Notes: generated from the sequence alone by a model not told the origin. Counted from the first letter of the stretch, positions 20,357-30,554 are shown. The stretch: 64,000 nucleotides of DNA from an uncultured Acidobacteriota bacterium (GCA_963741955.1 CAVUKB010000007.1:28246-92245); one strand, 5' to 3'. Translations and numbers: made by a program.

Positions 20357-23300
20357 ATGAGCCGCAGGACCCGTGAGCTCCGGCCGCGGAACGAAGACGC
20401 CGACGTCGCACGCTCGATCTGTCCCTACTGCGGGGTGGGCTGCGGACAGCTCATCTTCCACAAGGAAGGAAGGATCGTCTCCATCGAAGGAGATCCGGAG
20501 TCGCCGATCTCGCGCGGGCATCTCTGTCCGAAAGGTGCAGCGAGTCAGGAACTGCTCACCCATCCCGGGAGGCTCACGAAAGTCAGGTACCGCGCGCCCT
20601 ACACCACCGAGTGGCAGGAGATCTCTCTCGAGCGGGCCATGGAGATGATCGCCGACCGGGTCTGGCGCTCGCGCGAGAGGACGTTCGAGCAGAAGCGGGA
20701 CGGACGGACTCTGATGCAGTGCGGTGGCATCGCGCATCTCGGCGGGGCGACCCTCGACAACGAAGAGAACTACGTCATCAAGAAGCTCTTCACCGCAGGC
20801 CTCGGCATGGTGGCAGTCAGCAACCAGGCCCGGATATGACACAGCTCCACGGTGCCCGGTCTGGGCACCTCGTTCGGACGCGGCGGAGCAACCACCGCAC
20901 AGCAGGACCTCGCCAACGCAGACGCCATTCTGATCATGGGATCATCCATGGCCGAGAATCATCCGGTCGGATTCCAGTGGGTGGTCGAGGCGCGTGAACG
21001 AGGAGCGAAGGTCATCCACGTCGACCCCCGCTTCACCCGGACCTCTGCGATGGCCGATTACTGGGTTCCTCTTCGTCCCGGTACGGACATCGTCTTCCTC
21101 GGCGGGATGGTCAACTACGTACTGCAGAACGACCGCGCTTTCCGCGAATACGTCGCGCACTACACCAACGCTCCCACCATCCTGAAGGAGGAGATGCAGG
21201 ACACCGAGGACCTCGGCGGCCTCTTCTCGGGATGGAATGACGACAAACAGCAGTACTCGCCGGAGAGCTGGTTCTACGAAGGTGCGAAGCGTAAGAGAAG
21301 ACCGAAGTCGAAGGAGCGTGAAGTCGCCGGACACGAGCCCGAAGGGGGAGGTCATGGGAAAGACCGCGGCGGCGAAGCTCAGAGCGTCAAGGACGGAGCG
21401 ATCGATCGTGATCCGGCCCTCGAGCATCCGCGCTGCGTCTACCAGGTATTGAAGCGACACTTCGAGCGCTACACGCCGGAGATGGTCGCCCGCTGCTGCG
21501 GTATTCCGAAGGAAGCCTTCCTGGAGGTGGCGGAGACGTTCGTCGCGGCGTCCGGTCCGGAGAAGACCGGCGCGATCTGCTACGCGGTGGGATGGACCCA
21601 GCACTCGACCGGCGTGCAGATCATCCGCACCGCAGCGATCCTCCAGCTGCTGCTCGGAAACATCGGACGCCCCGGCGGTGGAATCCTCGCCCTGAGGGGT
21701 CATGCCTCCATTCAGGGCTCCACCGACATTCCGACGCTCTACGACATCCTCCCCGGCTATCTCGCGATGCCCTTCTTCGAGGCGGATTCCGATTCCCTCA
21801 AGCAGTACATCCGGAAGCATTCCGCGAAGACCGGCTGGTGGGCGAACTTCGACAAGTACATCGTCAGCCTCCTCAAAGCCTACTTCGGCGAAGCAGCGAC
21901 GAAGGAAAACGAATACGGATTCCATTGGCTGCCGCGGGTGACCGGCGACCACTCGCACCAGGGCTACTGGCTGGAGATGATGGACGGCGGACTCGAGGGG
22001 CTGTTCGTGATGGGACAGAACCCTGCGGTCGGTGCGCCGAACGCAGGGTTGGAGCGGAAAGCGCTCGCGAAGCTCAAATGGCTCGTGGTGCGCGACCTCG
22101 TCGAGACGGAGACGGCGAGCTTCTGGTACGACTCGGCGGAAGTCAGGCGCGGGGAGGTGAAGCCGGAAGAGATCGGGACGGAAGTCTTTCTGATGCCCGC
22201 GGCCGGGCACGCCGAGAAGGAAGGGACGTTCACCAACACGCAGAGGCTCCTGCAATGGCACGAGAAGGCGGTCGATCCCCCCGGCGACGCCCGGAGCGAG
22301 ACGTGGTTCGTCGTCCATCTCGGCAATCTCCTCAAGGAAAAAGCGAAGGCGGAGGGGGGGCCGCGTAACGAAGGACTGAACGCACTCTGGTGGGACTACG
22401 AGCTCGAAGGACGGATGGGCGAGCCGAACGTTCAGCAGATTCTCGCGGAGATCAACGGCTGGACGGTGAAGGACCGGAAGCTCGTGAGCGGCTTCACCGA
22501 CCTGAAGGCGGACGGCTCCACCGCTTGCGGATGCTGGATCTACTCCGGAGTCTTTCCGTCTCACGACGAGAACAAGGCTCACAAGCGCGATCCTCGAGGC
22601 CCGTACGGTCACGGGTGGGGATTCGCCTGGCCCTCGGACCGGAGGATTCTCTACAACCGCGCGTCGGCCCGGCCGGACGGGCAGCCCTGGAGCGACAAGA
22701 AGAAGCTCATCTGGTGGGATGAAGAGAAGGGCGAATGGACGGGAGACGACGTTCCGGATTTCACGAAAGACAAACGCCCGGACTACAAGCCGAAGAAGAC
22801 GTCGAGAGGCGATGCGGGAACGGCCGGCGACCAGCCGTTCATCATGCATTCGGATGGAGTCGGATGGATCTGGGTTCCGTCGGGACTGAAAGACGGACCG
22901 CTCCCGACCCATTACGAACCGCTGGAGTCGCCGGTCAGAAATCCGCTGTACGAGACGCAGGTCAACCCGGCCGCCGACCGGAAGGAACGCCCCGACAATC
23001 CGTACGCGTCGTCACCTGATCCGAAGTTTCCCTACGTCCTCACGACGTACCGGCTGACCGAGCACCATACCGCAGGCGGGATGACCCGGCCGCTCTCACA
23101 TCTCGCCGAGCTTCAACCGGAGCTGTTCTGCGAGATCTCGCCCGAGCTCGCCGCGGAAGCGGGAGTCGAGCATGGGTCGTGGGCGAGGATCTCCACCCCG
23201 AGGGGAGAAATCCGCGCGCGGGTGATGGTCACCGGAAGGATGCGGTCGATGGAGGTGGAGGGGAAAGTCATCCATCAGGTGGGACTGCCGTATCACTGGG

Positions 23301-23434
23301 GATCGAAGGGACTGGTCCAGGGAGACGTAGTGAACGACCTGGTCGCGATGTCCGAAGAACCGAACGTCAGGATCATGGAGACGAAGGCCCTGCTGTGCAA
23401 CCTCGAAAGCATCGGGGAAGCATCTGATATCTGA
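20357..23434 (+). CDS. fdhA: Formate dehydrogenase catalytic (molybdopterin) subunit, selenocysteine-containing. In-frame TGA at 20837..20839.
   Basis: ORFs 20279..20839 and 20852..23434 are in the same frame. CPYCGVGCG FeS motif. The sequence VSNQARI-TGA-HSSTVPGLGTSFGRGG aligns with E. coli FdnG/FdhF ...ARV-U-HGP(S/T)VA.LA..FGRGAM. The start could also be 20279. Confidence 0.8.
20851..20869 (+). promoter_or_regulatory. SECIS-like hairpin 11 nt downstream of the in-frame UGA
   Basis: ggugccc-GGUCU-gggcacc stem-loop with G/U in the apical loop, as in bacterial fdhF SECIS. Confidence 0.6.
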
Positions 23435-23591
23435 TATCTGATATCTATTATCGATTATCTGACACGATAATTACGATCGCTATTAATTCATTAGATATCA
23501 GTTATCAATAACGATTGGATATAAACACACAAACCACAGACCCGAATTACTGACAGATAATAGATAATAGATAACAGATAATAGATAAACC
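23435..23591. repeat. AT-rich island (far below the local ~68% GC) between fdhA and fdhB with direct repeats (GATATCT)x3 and (AGATAAT/C)x5 in inverted arrangement at its two ends
   Basis: tctgatatctgatatctgatatctattatcgattatc ... cagataatagataatagataacagataatagataaacc. Occupies the entire 157-bp fdhA-fdhB spacer. Confidence 0.7.
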
Positions 23592-24374
23592 ATGTCTCTC
23601 ACAGGATTTCTCACCGACTCGACCCTCTGCATCGGCTGCAAGGCATGCGAAGTGGCGTGCAAGGAATGGAACGAGGTGCCGGAGGATGGCCTCGTCTGGA
23701 GCGGGATGTCGTACGACAACACCCTCGCTCTCGGCGGATCGACCTGGCGGCACGTGAAGTTCCTCGAATTCGATCCGGAGATCGGGAAGGGAGGAAACTC
23801 CGCGGAGCGGGTGACGTGGGAGTTCTCCTCGGATGTCTGCAAGCATTGCGAAGTCGCCGGATGCCTCGAGGCGTGTCCGACCGGCTCGATCGTCCGCACC
23901 GAGTTCGGAGGCGTCTACGTCCAGCCGGACGTCTGCAACGGATGCGGATACTGTGTGGTCACCTGCCCGTTCGGGGTGATCGACAAGCGCATCGAAGACG
24001 GACGGATGTTCAAGTGCACGTTCTGCTACGACCGTCAGAAGGCGGGGGCGGAGCCTGCCTGTGCGAAGGCGTGCCCGACTCAGTCGATTCTGTTCGGCGA
24101 TCTCGACACGCTGCGGGAGCGTGCAGGTGAACGAATCCGCGAGCTCCAGTCCGCGGGGATGGACGACGCGACGCTGTGGGATCCGCAGCACACCACGGTG
24201 GAAGGAACGCACGCGATCTTCATCGTGCGTGGGGATCCGGCGAGTTACAACCTTCCCCCGAATCCGGAAGTACCACAGGCGAAGCTCTATGCCGGATGGA
24301 TGTCGGCCGCCGTCACGGCCGGGGCGATCCTTCTCGGTTCGGTGGTCGCGTTCGCCGCAGGAGGCCGCCGATGA
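23592..24374 (+). CDS. fdhB: Formate dehydrogenase iron-sulfur subunit (4x[4Fe-4S], FdnH-like) with a C-terminal TM anchor
   Basis: CIGCKACEVACKEWN, CKHCEVAGC, CNGCGYCVVTCPFG and CTFCYDR clusters. C-terminal hydrophobic helix. Confidence 0.85.
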   Translation: MSLTGFLTDSTLCIGCKACEVACKEWNEVPEDGLVWSGMSYDNTLALGGSTWRHVKFLEFDPEIGKGGNSAERVTWEFSSDVCKHCEVAGCLEACPTGSIVRTEFGGVYVQPDVCNGCGYCVVTCPFGVIDKRIEDGRMFKCTFCYDRQKAGAEPACAKACPTQSILFGDLDTLRERAGERIRELQSAGMDDATLWDPQHTTVEGTHAIFIVRGDPASYNLPPNPEVPQAKLYAGWMSAAVTAGAILLGSVVAFAAGGRR

Positions 24375-25378
24375 AGGAACGGATTCCGAGCCGGGTCAGC
24401 GAAGCGCGCCTCGACCAGCTCCGTCAGGAAGCAGAAATCCGGGGACGGGTGAAGGAGCCGGGGATCCGACCGCTCGGCGCTCCTTTCCCGCAGGCGACCC
24501 CGGAGCACGGCTACTACGGACTTCCTCTGCTCAAGAAGCCGACCTGGAAGTGGGAGATCCCGGCATACTTTTTCGTCGGCGGCGCGGCAGGAGCCGCTGC
24601 GGTCGTCGGTGCTGCGGCCCAGCTGAGTGGTGACGAACGGCTGGTGCGTGAGGCACGCTGGGTTGCCGCGGCCGGAGCGACTCTTTCTGCTCCGCTGCTC
24701 GTCTCCGACCTCGGCCGGCCGGAACGTTTTCTCGCCATGCTCCGGGTGTTCAAGCTCCAGAGCCCGATGTCGGTCGGTGCGTGGACGCTGACCGCATTCG
24801 GTTCGACCAGTGCGGCAGCGGCGTTCGCGAAGTTGATCGAGGAGAAGAGCGAGGGGCGCACGCCGGTTCGCATTCTCGGCGACGCGGCTGCGGCGCTCTC
24901 CGCGGCGACCGGTCTCGGAATGGCGACCTACACCGGAGTCCTCGTCGGCGCGACGGCGATCCCGGTGTGGCAGGAGAACGTGCGGCTCCTCCCTCTCCAC
25001 TTCGGCGCGTCGGCTCTCGCCTCGGCCGTCTCCCTCCTCGAGCTTCTCGGCAATCGCAACGGCGCGCTGAACGCACTCGGCTTCGGCGCCGCGGTGGTCG
25101 AGACCGGAGTCGGAGCGGTCTTCGAGAATGAAACCGGACGCGCGTTCAAGCCGCTCAAAGAGGGAGAGAGCGGAACGATCACCCGAATCGGCGGCGTCCT
25201 CTCCGGACCGGCGCCGCTTCTGCTCCGTCTCGCCAGTGCACTGGTCGGGAGCGGATGGCGCCTCCGTCAGGCCGCAGCGGTCTCCAGTCTCGCCGGATCG
25301 CTGATCACACGCTACGCATGGCTCGAAGCGGGAAAAGAATCGGCGAAGGATCCGACGATCCCGCTCGAGATCGAGTGA
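24371..25378 (+). CDS. Formate dehydrogenase membrane subunit, NrfD/PsrC-like polytopic anchor
   Basis: ATGA overlap with fdhB. About 8 predicted TM helices rich in Gly and Ala. Start at the internal Met of track ORF 24176. Confidence 0.65.
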   Translation: MKERIPSRVSEARLDQLRQEAEIRGRVKEPGIRPLGAPFPQATPEHGYYGLPLLKKPTWKWEIPAYFFVGGAAGAAAVVGAAAQLSGDERLVREARWVAAAGATLSAPLLVSDLGRPERFLAMLRVFKLQSPMSVGAWTLTAFGSTSAAAAFAKLIEEKSEGRTPVRILGDAAAALSAATGLGMATYTGVLVGATAIPVWQENVRLLPLHFGASALASAVSLLELLGNRNGALNALGFGAAVVETGVGAVFENETGRAFKPLKEGESGTITRIGGVLSGPAPLLLRLASALVGSGWRLRQAAAVSSLAGSLITRYAWLEAGKESAKDPTIPLEIE

Positions 25379-25406
25379 ACCGCGTCGTTCGGACGAAAGA
25401 CTCCAG

Positions 25407-25940
25407 CTACGGCCCGACCGTGAAGCGGTCGATCATCCACTGACCGCTCTCGGCTTTGCGGAACCTCACCCGCGAAGGCTGTGGTCCGGGAGCCGGGATC
25501 TGCTGCGATTGCCGTCCGAACGCCGTCGGTTCCCAGTCCCACGTGAATTCGACGTCGGCCATCCGCTCATCGGCATTGACGGTCTTCACGTCCTTGAGCT
25601 GCCGGTGAGCGGTCGGGATCTTCCAGAGCGTCAGTGAGCCGTACGGTTCGCTCTTCCACCCCTTCGACGCTTCTCTTCCCTTCGCAGTCAGCTGGCAGCT
25701 CCCGGCGCCGCCTCCCTCCGGGAACTGGCAGGCGATGAAGCCGTTCGCGGTCGCGGCCATCTGTGACGCGTAGTAGCTGTACTCCTCGGTCAGTCCGTCT
25801 CCGGTATAGATCTGACCGACTGCGGGCTCGCTGAATTCCTTCGACTGCTCGATCAGCTTCGTCGCTTCCTCTTTCGGAATCCCGGAAGAACAGGCGAGCA
25901 CGAAGAAGGACGCGGCGGCAAGGATGGCGAGACGTTTCAT
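25407..25940 (-). CDS. Lipoprotein, hypothetical (lipobox LAC)
   Basis: MKRLAILAAASFFVLACSS signal/lipobox. No family recognised. Confidence 0.6.
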   Translation of the reverse strand: MKRLAILAAASFFVLACSSGIPKEEATKLIEQSKEFSEPAVGQIYTGDGLTEEYSYYASQMAATANGFIACQFPEGGGAGSCQLTAKGREASKGWKSEPYGSLTLWKIPTAHRQLKDVKTVNADERMADVEFTWDWEPTAFGRQSQQIPAPGPQPSRVRFRKAESGQWMIDRFTVGP

Positions 25941-26090
25941 CGACTCTTCCTTTCGCCCGGACGATGAACGGTGAGAGCTCCGGGCCGGGTCGTTTGCACG
26001 CCGATGTTATCAAAGTGTCGCGATGGAGGGTCATCTCCTCCGAGGCGGATTTTCGCATTCGGAGCAGGTTCTGCTGATGAGGAGGGGCCA

Positions 26091-26269
26091 GCCCGCATTT
26101 CTCACACCGTCTCGTCGCGAGGAGGCGGAGAGTGGCTTGGATGCAAGGCGCGCGCAGTTTCGGCGACGAAGGCATAGTGGTGACTATGTTGAGGAGCCGA
26201 AGCTGTGCGCAACGTGGCAGACAGGCCGCTATCCGTCTCCGCAGCAGAGACGATGTGAGAAATGCGGGC
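26091..26269 (+). mobile_element. B-type non-autonomous element (about 179 bp) with 16-bp TIRs gcccgcatttctcaca / tgtgagaaatgcgggc. Copy 1.
   Basis: Second copy at 34617..34795 (about 90% identical). Both are followed by TA and then an A-type TIR. Confidence 0.7.
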
Positions 26270-26271
26270 TA

Positions 26272-26432
26272 GGAGTCTGCGCGGTAGAAACTGTCCTACT
26301 GCGAAAGCGGATCAACGGTCCAAATCCGCCCGGATTTTCGGCGAGTAGCCACCGCTACGCACCTCAAATCCGAACGAATTTGGCCTCGTTGCTCCGCTTT
26401 CTCGCTACGGACGTTTCTATCGCGCAGACTCC
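26272..26432 (+). mobile_element. MITE A-type, copy 2
   Basis: About 95% identical to the copies at 9999 and 36393. Perfect TIRs. Confidence 0.8.
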
Positions 26433-26446
26433 TAGAAGTCCGATCG

Positions 26447-27187
26447 CTACTGCAGCTCGCGGAACCAGCGGTTCGCGCGGGGAAGGAAGTAGTGGCCGTA
26501 ATCGAGCGAGAACGCCACCGCGGTGGCTCGGCCGACGATGCGCTTGCGGGGGATCGGCCCGAGATAACGGCTGTCGTAACTGTCGTCGCGATTGTCGCCC
26601 ATCACGAAATACGAATTCGGGGGGACCTGGATCGGACCATACGTGCGAAGGGCTGGAGCATCGGGGAGAAGCATGATGTCGTGATGCACGCCGTCGAGGT
26701 TTTCCTGTGCGATCTCGACGCGTGAGCCGCGGCGCACTCCCTCCGCATCGACGGCGTCTCCTTCGAGCAACCGGTACGACATCGCTCTTCCGTTGATCAC
26801 CACCCGTTCGTCGCGGATCTCGATCACGTCACCGGGAAGCCCGATCACCCGTTTCACCAGGCGCGTGCCGTCCTTCGGTGAGAAAAAGACGACGATGTCG
26901 CCGCGTTTCGGATTGGTCCAGGTCGAGATGTGCGTGGTGGTGAAGGGAACCTTCAGGTCGTACGCGACCTTGTTCACCACGACACGGTCGCCTTCGACGA
27001 TGGTCGGTTTCATCGAAGCGGTGGGGACGTCGTTCCAGTCCGCGAGGGCCGAGCGGAGCGACCCGAGGCAGATGGCGATGATCAGAAACGGAAGAATCCA
27101 CTCTTTCCAGAGGTAGCGTGCACCTCGAGTCACACTGCTCTCCGGCTCTGCGGCGTCGCCGGCCGTCTCTCTGATCGCGTCGGACAT
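26447..27187 (-). CDS. lepB: Signal peptidase I
   Basis: SMKPTIVEGDRVVVNK (S26 box B), GDNRDDSYDSRY (box E). Start uncertain (27187 or 27247). Confidence 0.85.
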   Translation of the reverse strand: MSDAIRETAGDAAEPESSVTRGARYLWKEWILPFLIIAICLGSLRSALADWNDVPTASMKPTIVEGDRVVVNKVAYDLKVPFTTTHISTWTNPKRGDIVVFFSPKDGTRLVKRVIGLPGDVIEIRDERVVINGRAMSYRLLEGDAVDAEGVRRGSRVEIAQENLDGVHHDIMLLPDAPALRTYGPIQVPPNSYFVMGDNRDDSYDSRYLGPIPRKRIVGRATAVAFSLDYGHYFLPRANRWFRELQ

Positions 27188-27284
27188 GCTTAGGATCCCT
27201 TTCGTGCCTGCCGGACAGAACATCGGGGTACGGTTCATTGCTTCCATCAGGGACCGCCGCGCACGGCGGCGGAGGTTTCGAGAG

Positions 27285-28559
27285 ATGCGCCGAACCGGCT
27301 ACAATGACTCACTCACCGTGACGACCACTGCCGAATCGATCCCTCCCTCCGTTTCCACGATTGCAGCGCCGGTCGAAGGGGTGCGCGAGCGCCTGACGTC
27401 GCTCGACGTCTTCCGCGGCATCACCATCGCGGGGATGCTCCTGGTGAACGATCCCGGCAGCTGGGGGGCGATCTATCCTCCGCTCGAGCATGCGCCGTGG
27501 CACGGCTGGACTCCGACGGACCTGATCTTCCCGTTCTTCCTCTTCATCGTCGGAATCACGACCCATCTTTCGCTCACGGCGCGACGTGCTCGCGGAGCGG
27601 ACGAGCGGGAACTGCTCCGGCAGATCCTCCGCCGCGGGACGATCATCCTTCTGATCGGACTCTTCCTGAACGCATTCCCGTTCTTCGCCTGGTGGAAACT
27701 CGACGGCATTGCGAACCCGACCTTCATGCAGCGCGTGGTGTGGCGGTTCGCGCACATGCGCTTTCCCGGAGTGCTGCCGCGGATCGGGGTCGCGTACATG
27801 ATCGGAGCGCTCCTCACGTTCCGTACGTCGGTCCGCCAGCAGCTGGCGATTCTCGGCGGAATCCTGGTCGGATACTGGGCGGTGATGACTCTGGTGCCCG
27901 TGCCGGGGACGGGAGTGATCGGGGCACAGCTTCTCGACCGGCCGGAACTCGTCCTCTCGGCGTGGCTCGACCGGATCGTCTTCGGCCCGCACCTCTGGGC
28001 GCAGACGAAGACGTGGGATCCGGAGGGACTCCTCTCGACCGTTCCCGCGGTCGGCACGGTGATTCTCGGCGTGCTGGCGGGGAGGTGGATCGGAAGCGGG
28101 CGACCCCTCCAGGAACGGCTGAACGGACTCTTCGCCGTCGGCTCGCTGACCATGGTCGCGGGGCTGGCGTGGAACTGGGTGTTTCCCATCAACAAGAATC
28201 TCTGGACCAGCTCCTACGTCCTCTTCACCGCGGGCATGGGAGCGGTCACTCTCGCGACGTGCATCTGGATCATCGACGTGAAGAAGATGCGCGGATGGTC
28301 GAAGCCGTTCGTGGTGTTCGGCATCAACCCGATTCTCGCCTTCGCCGGATCGGCATTCATGGCGCGGATGATCTATTCGCTGATCAAAGTGACCTACCAG
28401 GGGAGGACGGTGCCGATCGAGGCCGCGATCTACCATGGCGCATTCGCCAGCTGGTTGCCGCCACGCCCCGCATCGCTCGCTTTCGCGATCTGTTTCGTCC
28501 TTCTCTGGCTGGCGATCCTCTGGCCACTTCACGAACGAAACATCATCATCAAGATCTGA
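27285..28559 (+). CDS. Membrane acyltransferase, DUF1624/HGSNAT-like (heparan-alpha-glucosaminide N-acetyltransferase family)
   Basis: RLTSLDVFRGITIAGMLLVN and WHGWTPTDLIFPFFLFIVG motifs. About 10 TM segments. Start at the internal ATG at 27285. Confidence 0.6.
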   Translation: MRRTGYNDSLTVTTTAESIPPSVSTIAAPVEGVRERLTSLDVFRGITIAGMLLVNDPGSWGAIYPPLEHAPWHGWTPTDLIFPFFLFIVGITTHLSLTARRARGADERELLRQILRRGTIILLIGLFLNAFPFFAWWKLDGIANPTFMQRVVWRFAHMRFPGVLPRIGVAYMIGALLTFRTSVRQQLAILGGILVGYWAVMTLVPVPGTGVIGAQLLDRPELVLSAWLDRIVFGPHLWAQTKTWDPEGLLSTVPAVGTVILGVLAGRWIGSGRPLQERLNGLFAVGSLTMVAGLAWNWVFPINKNLWTSSYVLFTAGMGAVTLATCIWIIDVKKMRGWSKPFVVFGINPILAFAGSAFMARMIYSLIKVTYQGRTVPIEAAIYHGAFASWLPPRPASLAFAICFVLLWLAILWPLHERNIIIKI

Positions 28560-28568
28560 CCCCTTTCG

Positions 28569-29213
28569 ATGCGCGCCCTTCGAATCGCCACGCTCCTGAT
28601 CCTGATCGCGGCCTCTGCGGCCGTCGCGGGTGATCTGCGCATCATGATTTTCGACCCGTCGCAGGGAATCGCGGGGTGGGAGTCGAAGAGCTTCGCAGGG
28701 AAGACCGAATACACGCTCGGCGCACGCGAGGGACGGATGTGCCTGCACGCGGCCAGCAGCGACAGCGCCTCTGCGCTGATCCACTCCGTGGACGTCGATC
28801 TCGAGAAGACTCCCTACCTTCACTGGTCGTGGAGGATCGCGGCAACGATGGGTAGCGTCGACGAGCGCACGCGCAAAGGCGATGATTACCCGGCGCGGAT
28901 CTACATCGTCTTCGCACGAACGACGCTTTTCTCTCTTCCTTCGGGGATCAACTACGTCTGGACATCGCAACTGCCGGCGGGAACGGTCTGGACGAACGCT
29001 TTCGTCTCACGCGTGCGGATGATCGCAATTCGCTCGGGGATGGAACAGGCGCGCTCGTGGATCGACGAGCGACGAAACGTCCTGGCGGACGCGCGCTCTC
29101 TCTTCGGGGAGGACGTTCCCCGCGTCGTCGCGGTCGGCCTGATGACCGACAGCGACAATACCGGCGGTCGCTCGTCCGCCGATTACGGACAGATCTGGTT
29201 CGCGAACGACTGA
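28569..29213 (+). CDS. Secreted hypothetical protein (possibly DUF3047-like)
   Basis: Signal peptide MRALRIATLLILIAASAAVA. Coding-like composition. Confidence 0.5.
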   Translation: MRALRIATLLILIAASAAVAGDLRIMIFDPSQGIAGWESKSFAGKTEYTLGAREGRMCLHAASSDSASALIHSVDVDLEKTPYLHWSWRIAATMGSVDERTRKGDDYPARIYIVFARTTLFSLPSGINYVWTSQLPAGTVWTNAFVSRVRMIAIRSGMEQARSWIDERRNVLADARSLFGEDVPRVVAVGLMTDSDNTGGRSSADYGQIWFAND

Positions 29214-29321
29214 GCGCGCACCTTCCCGTCACCGTGTTCCGGAACGCCTGTCGCTTTCTCTCGGAGAAGCGGTCGTGAACCCCTGAGCGCCGGCTGTCGT
29301 AGTGTTCCGCCGCCGCTACCC

Positions 29322-30332
29322 CTACTTCGATTCCGCGGTGAGGGCGTCCGTCCGGTATCCGAGTTTTCGGAGCAGCGGGTCGAACTGATCGAGGCGGGAG
29401 ACGCTCTTCGACCACGGAGTCAACATGGTGTAGAACCTCGTCCCGGTCACCGCCGGATCGCCGAAGTCCTTGTCCATTCCGATCATCGGGTCGAGGATGA
29501 GCAGCCCGAGTGTGAGCCCTTCCACCGGACTCCACGCCCCGCGGACGTGCCCCTTTCGGAACCCGCTGGTGTAGAAGAACGACGCCTCTTCTCCTTCTCT
29601 CCCGATCACCGGAAGGTGGTGAAGATCATCCATCGGGCGGAGCTCGAGCTGCTGCGCGACGCCGTCAGGCACGGTCTCGGTCGAGGTCATGGTGTGGACG
29701 CGGTGGGTGCGCGAATCCATGGCGACGAGGAGGCGGCGATGCGGGATCAGCGGATGCGGAACGATCGCGTCGAGCTGTTTTCCCCACACCTTCTTCGTCC
29801 CCTCGGGATATCCGTCGGGTAGGACGGCTTTCGGAAGGAGATCGGTGGGGAGAAGCGCTCGATAGCAGCCGCACGTGTACACCGTGGTGACGAAAAGGGG
29901 GTCGAGCGTTAGGGCATCGAGAGTGACGAGGGTAAGGAGACCCGCGTTGCGGTGACGTTCGTAGAAGACGTGCGGGGTCAGCGGGAGTGCGGTGAAGTGG
30001 ATGCGGTAGAGCAGATGGACGACGTCGCGGCCTCCGATCCGGTCTCGGAGAGTGGAGACGAACACGGTATGGCGGTCGGGGTCGACGCCGACGTGCTCGC
30101 GTCCGTTCACCGCGCGGACCTCGGGCGTCCCGATCCGGTTGAACTCCAACTGGCCGTCGTCGATCTCGAAGATCGGCGCATAGCACGGGAGAAGCTGTTG
30201 CGGTTCCCGGCTCGCAGCCTGCTCCGGAGAGCACTCGGGGGCGGAGTAGACCCACGACTCTGCGCGTGCCGTCGGTGAAAAGACGAGCGCTGCCATGAAC
30301 ACGGCGAGTACCGCGATGCTCTTCTCCATCAT
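29322..30332 (-). CDS. Secreted hypothetical protein
   Basis: Signal peptide MMEKSIAVLAVFMAALVFSPTARA. No family recognised. Confidence 0.5.
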   Translation of the reverse strand: MMEKSIAVLAVFMAALVFSPTARAESWVYSAPECSPEQAASREPQQLLPCYAPIFEIDDGQLEFNRIGTPEVRAVNGREHVGVDPDRHTVFVSTLRDRIGGRDVVHLLYRIHFTALPLTPHVFYERHRNAGLLTLVTLDALTLDPLFVTTVYTCGCYRALLPTDLLPKAVLPDGYPEGTKKVWGKQLDAIVPHPLIPHRRLLVAMDSRTHRVHTMTSTETVPDGVAQQLELRPMDDLHHLPVIGREGEEASFFYTSGFRKGHVRGAWSPVEGLTLGLLILDPMIGMDKDFGDPAVTGTRFYTMLTPWSKSVSRLDQFDPLLRKLGYRTDALTAESK

Positions 30333-30554
30333 GTCTCCTGTTGGATGTTCTGCAGCGAAGAACGTGACGGATGCGCGGTCTGTTCCGCACAACGCGCGAT
30401 GGGAGCTCCCGCGGGAACGCCCGAGCGGCAGGCGGTCTATTCTTTTGTGAGGCTCTGCTAAAGAATAATATTCTGTATGGACAGATCTTCCGCGAATTTA
30501 GTTCTGTCAATCGATTCCTGCACCGAACACTCCGCCGTACGGAGAGGTGCCGGA

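Noticed and set aside
19026-20411. 461-aa minus ORF spanning the hisK-fdhD intergenic region and fdhD
   Set aside because: Arg-rich, a different frame from fdhD, and it crosses a MITE remnant.
20279-20839. Separate 186-aa FDH N-terminal fragment gene or pseudogene ending at TGA
   Set aside because: The stop is in-frame with the downstream 860-aa ORF at the exact conserved Sec position, and a SECIS-like hairpin follows. Treated as selenocysteine readthrough.
20942-22912. 656-aa minus-strand ORF
   Set aside because: Antisense to the fdhA catalytic subunit gene.
27309-28970. 553-aa minus-strand ORF
   Set aside because: Antisense to the HGSNAT-like membrane protein and the secreted protein gene. 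Highly Arg/Asp-rich and of low complexity.
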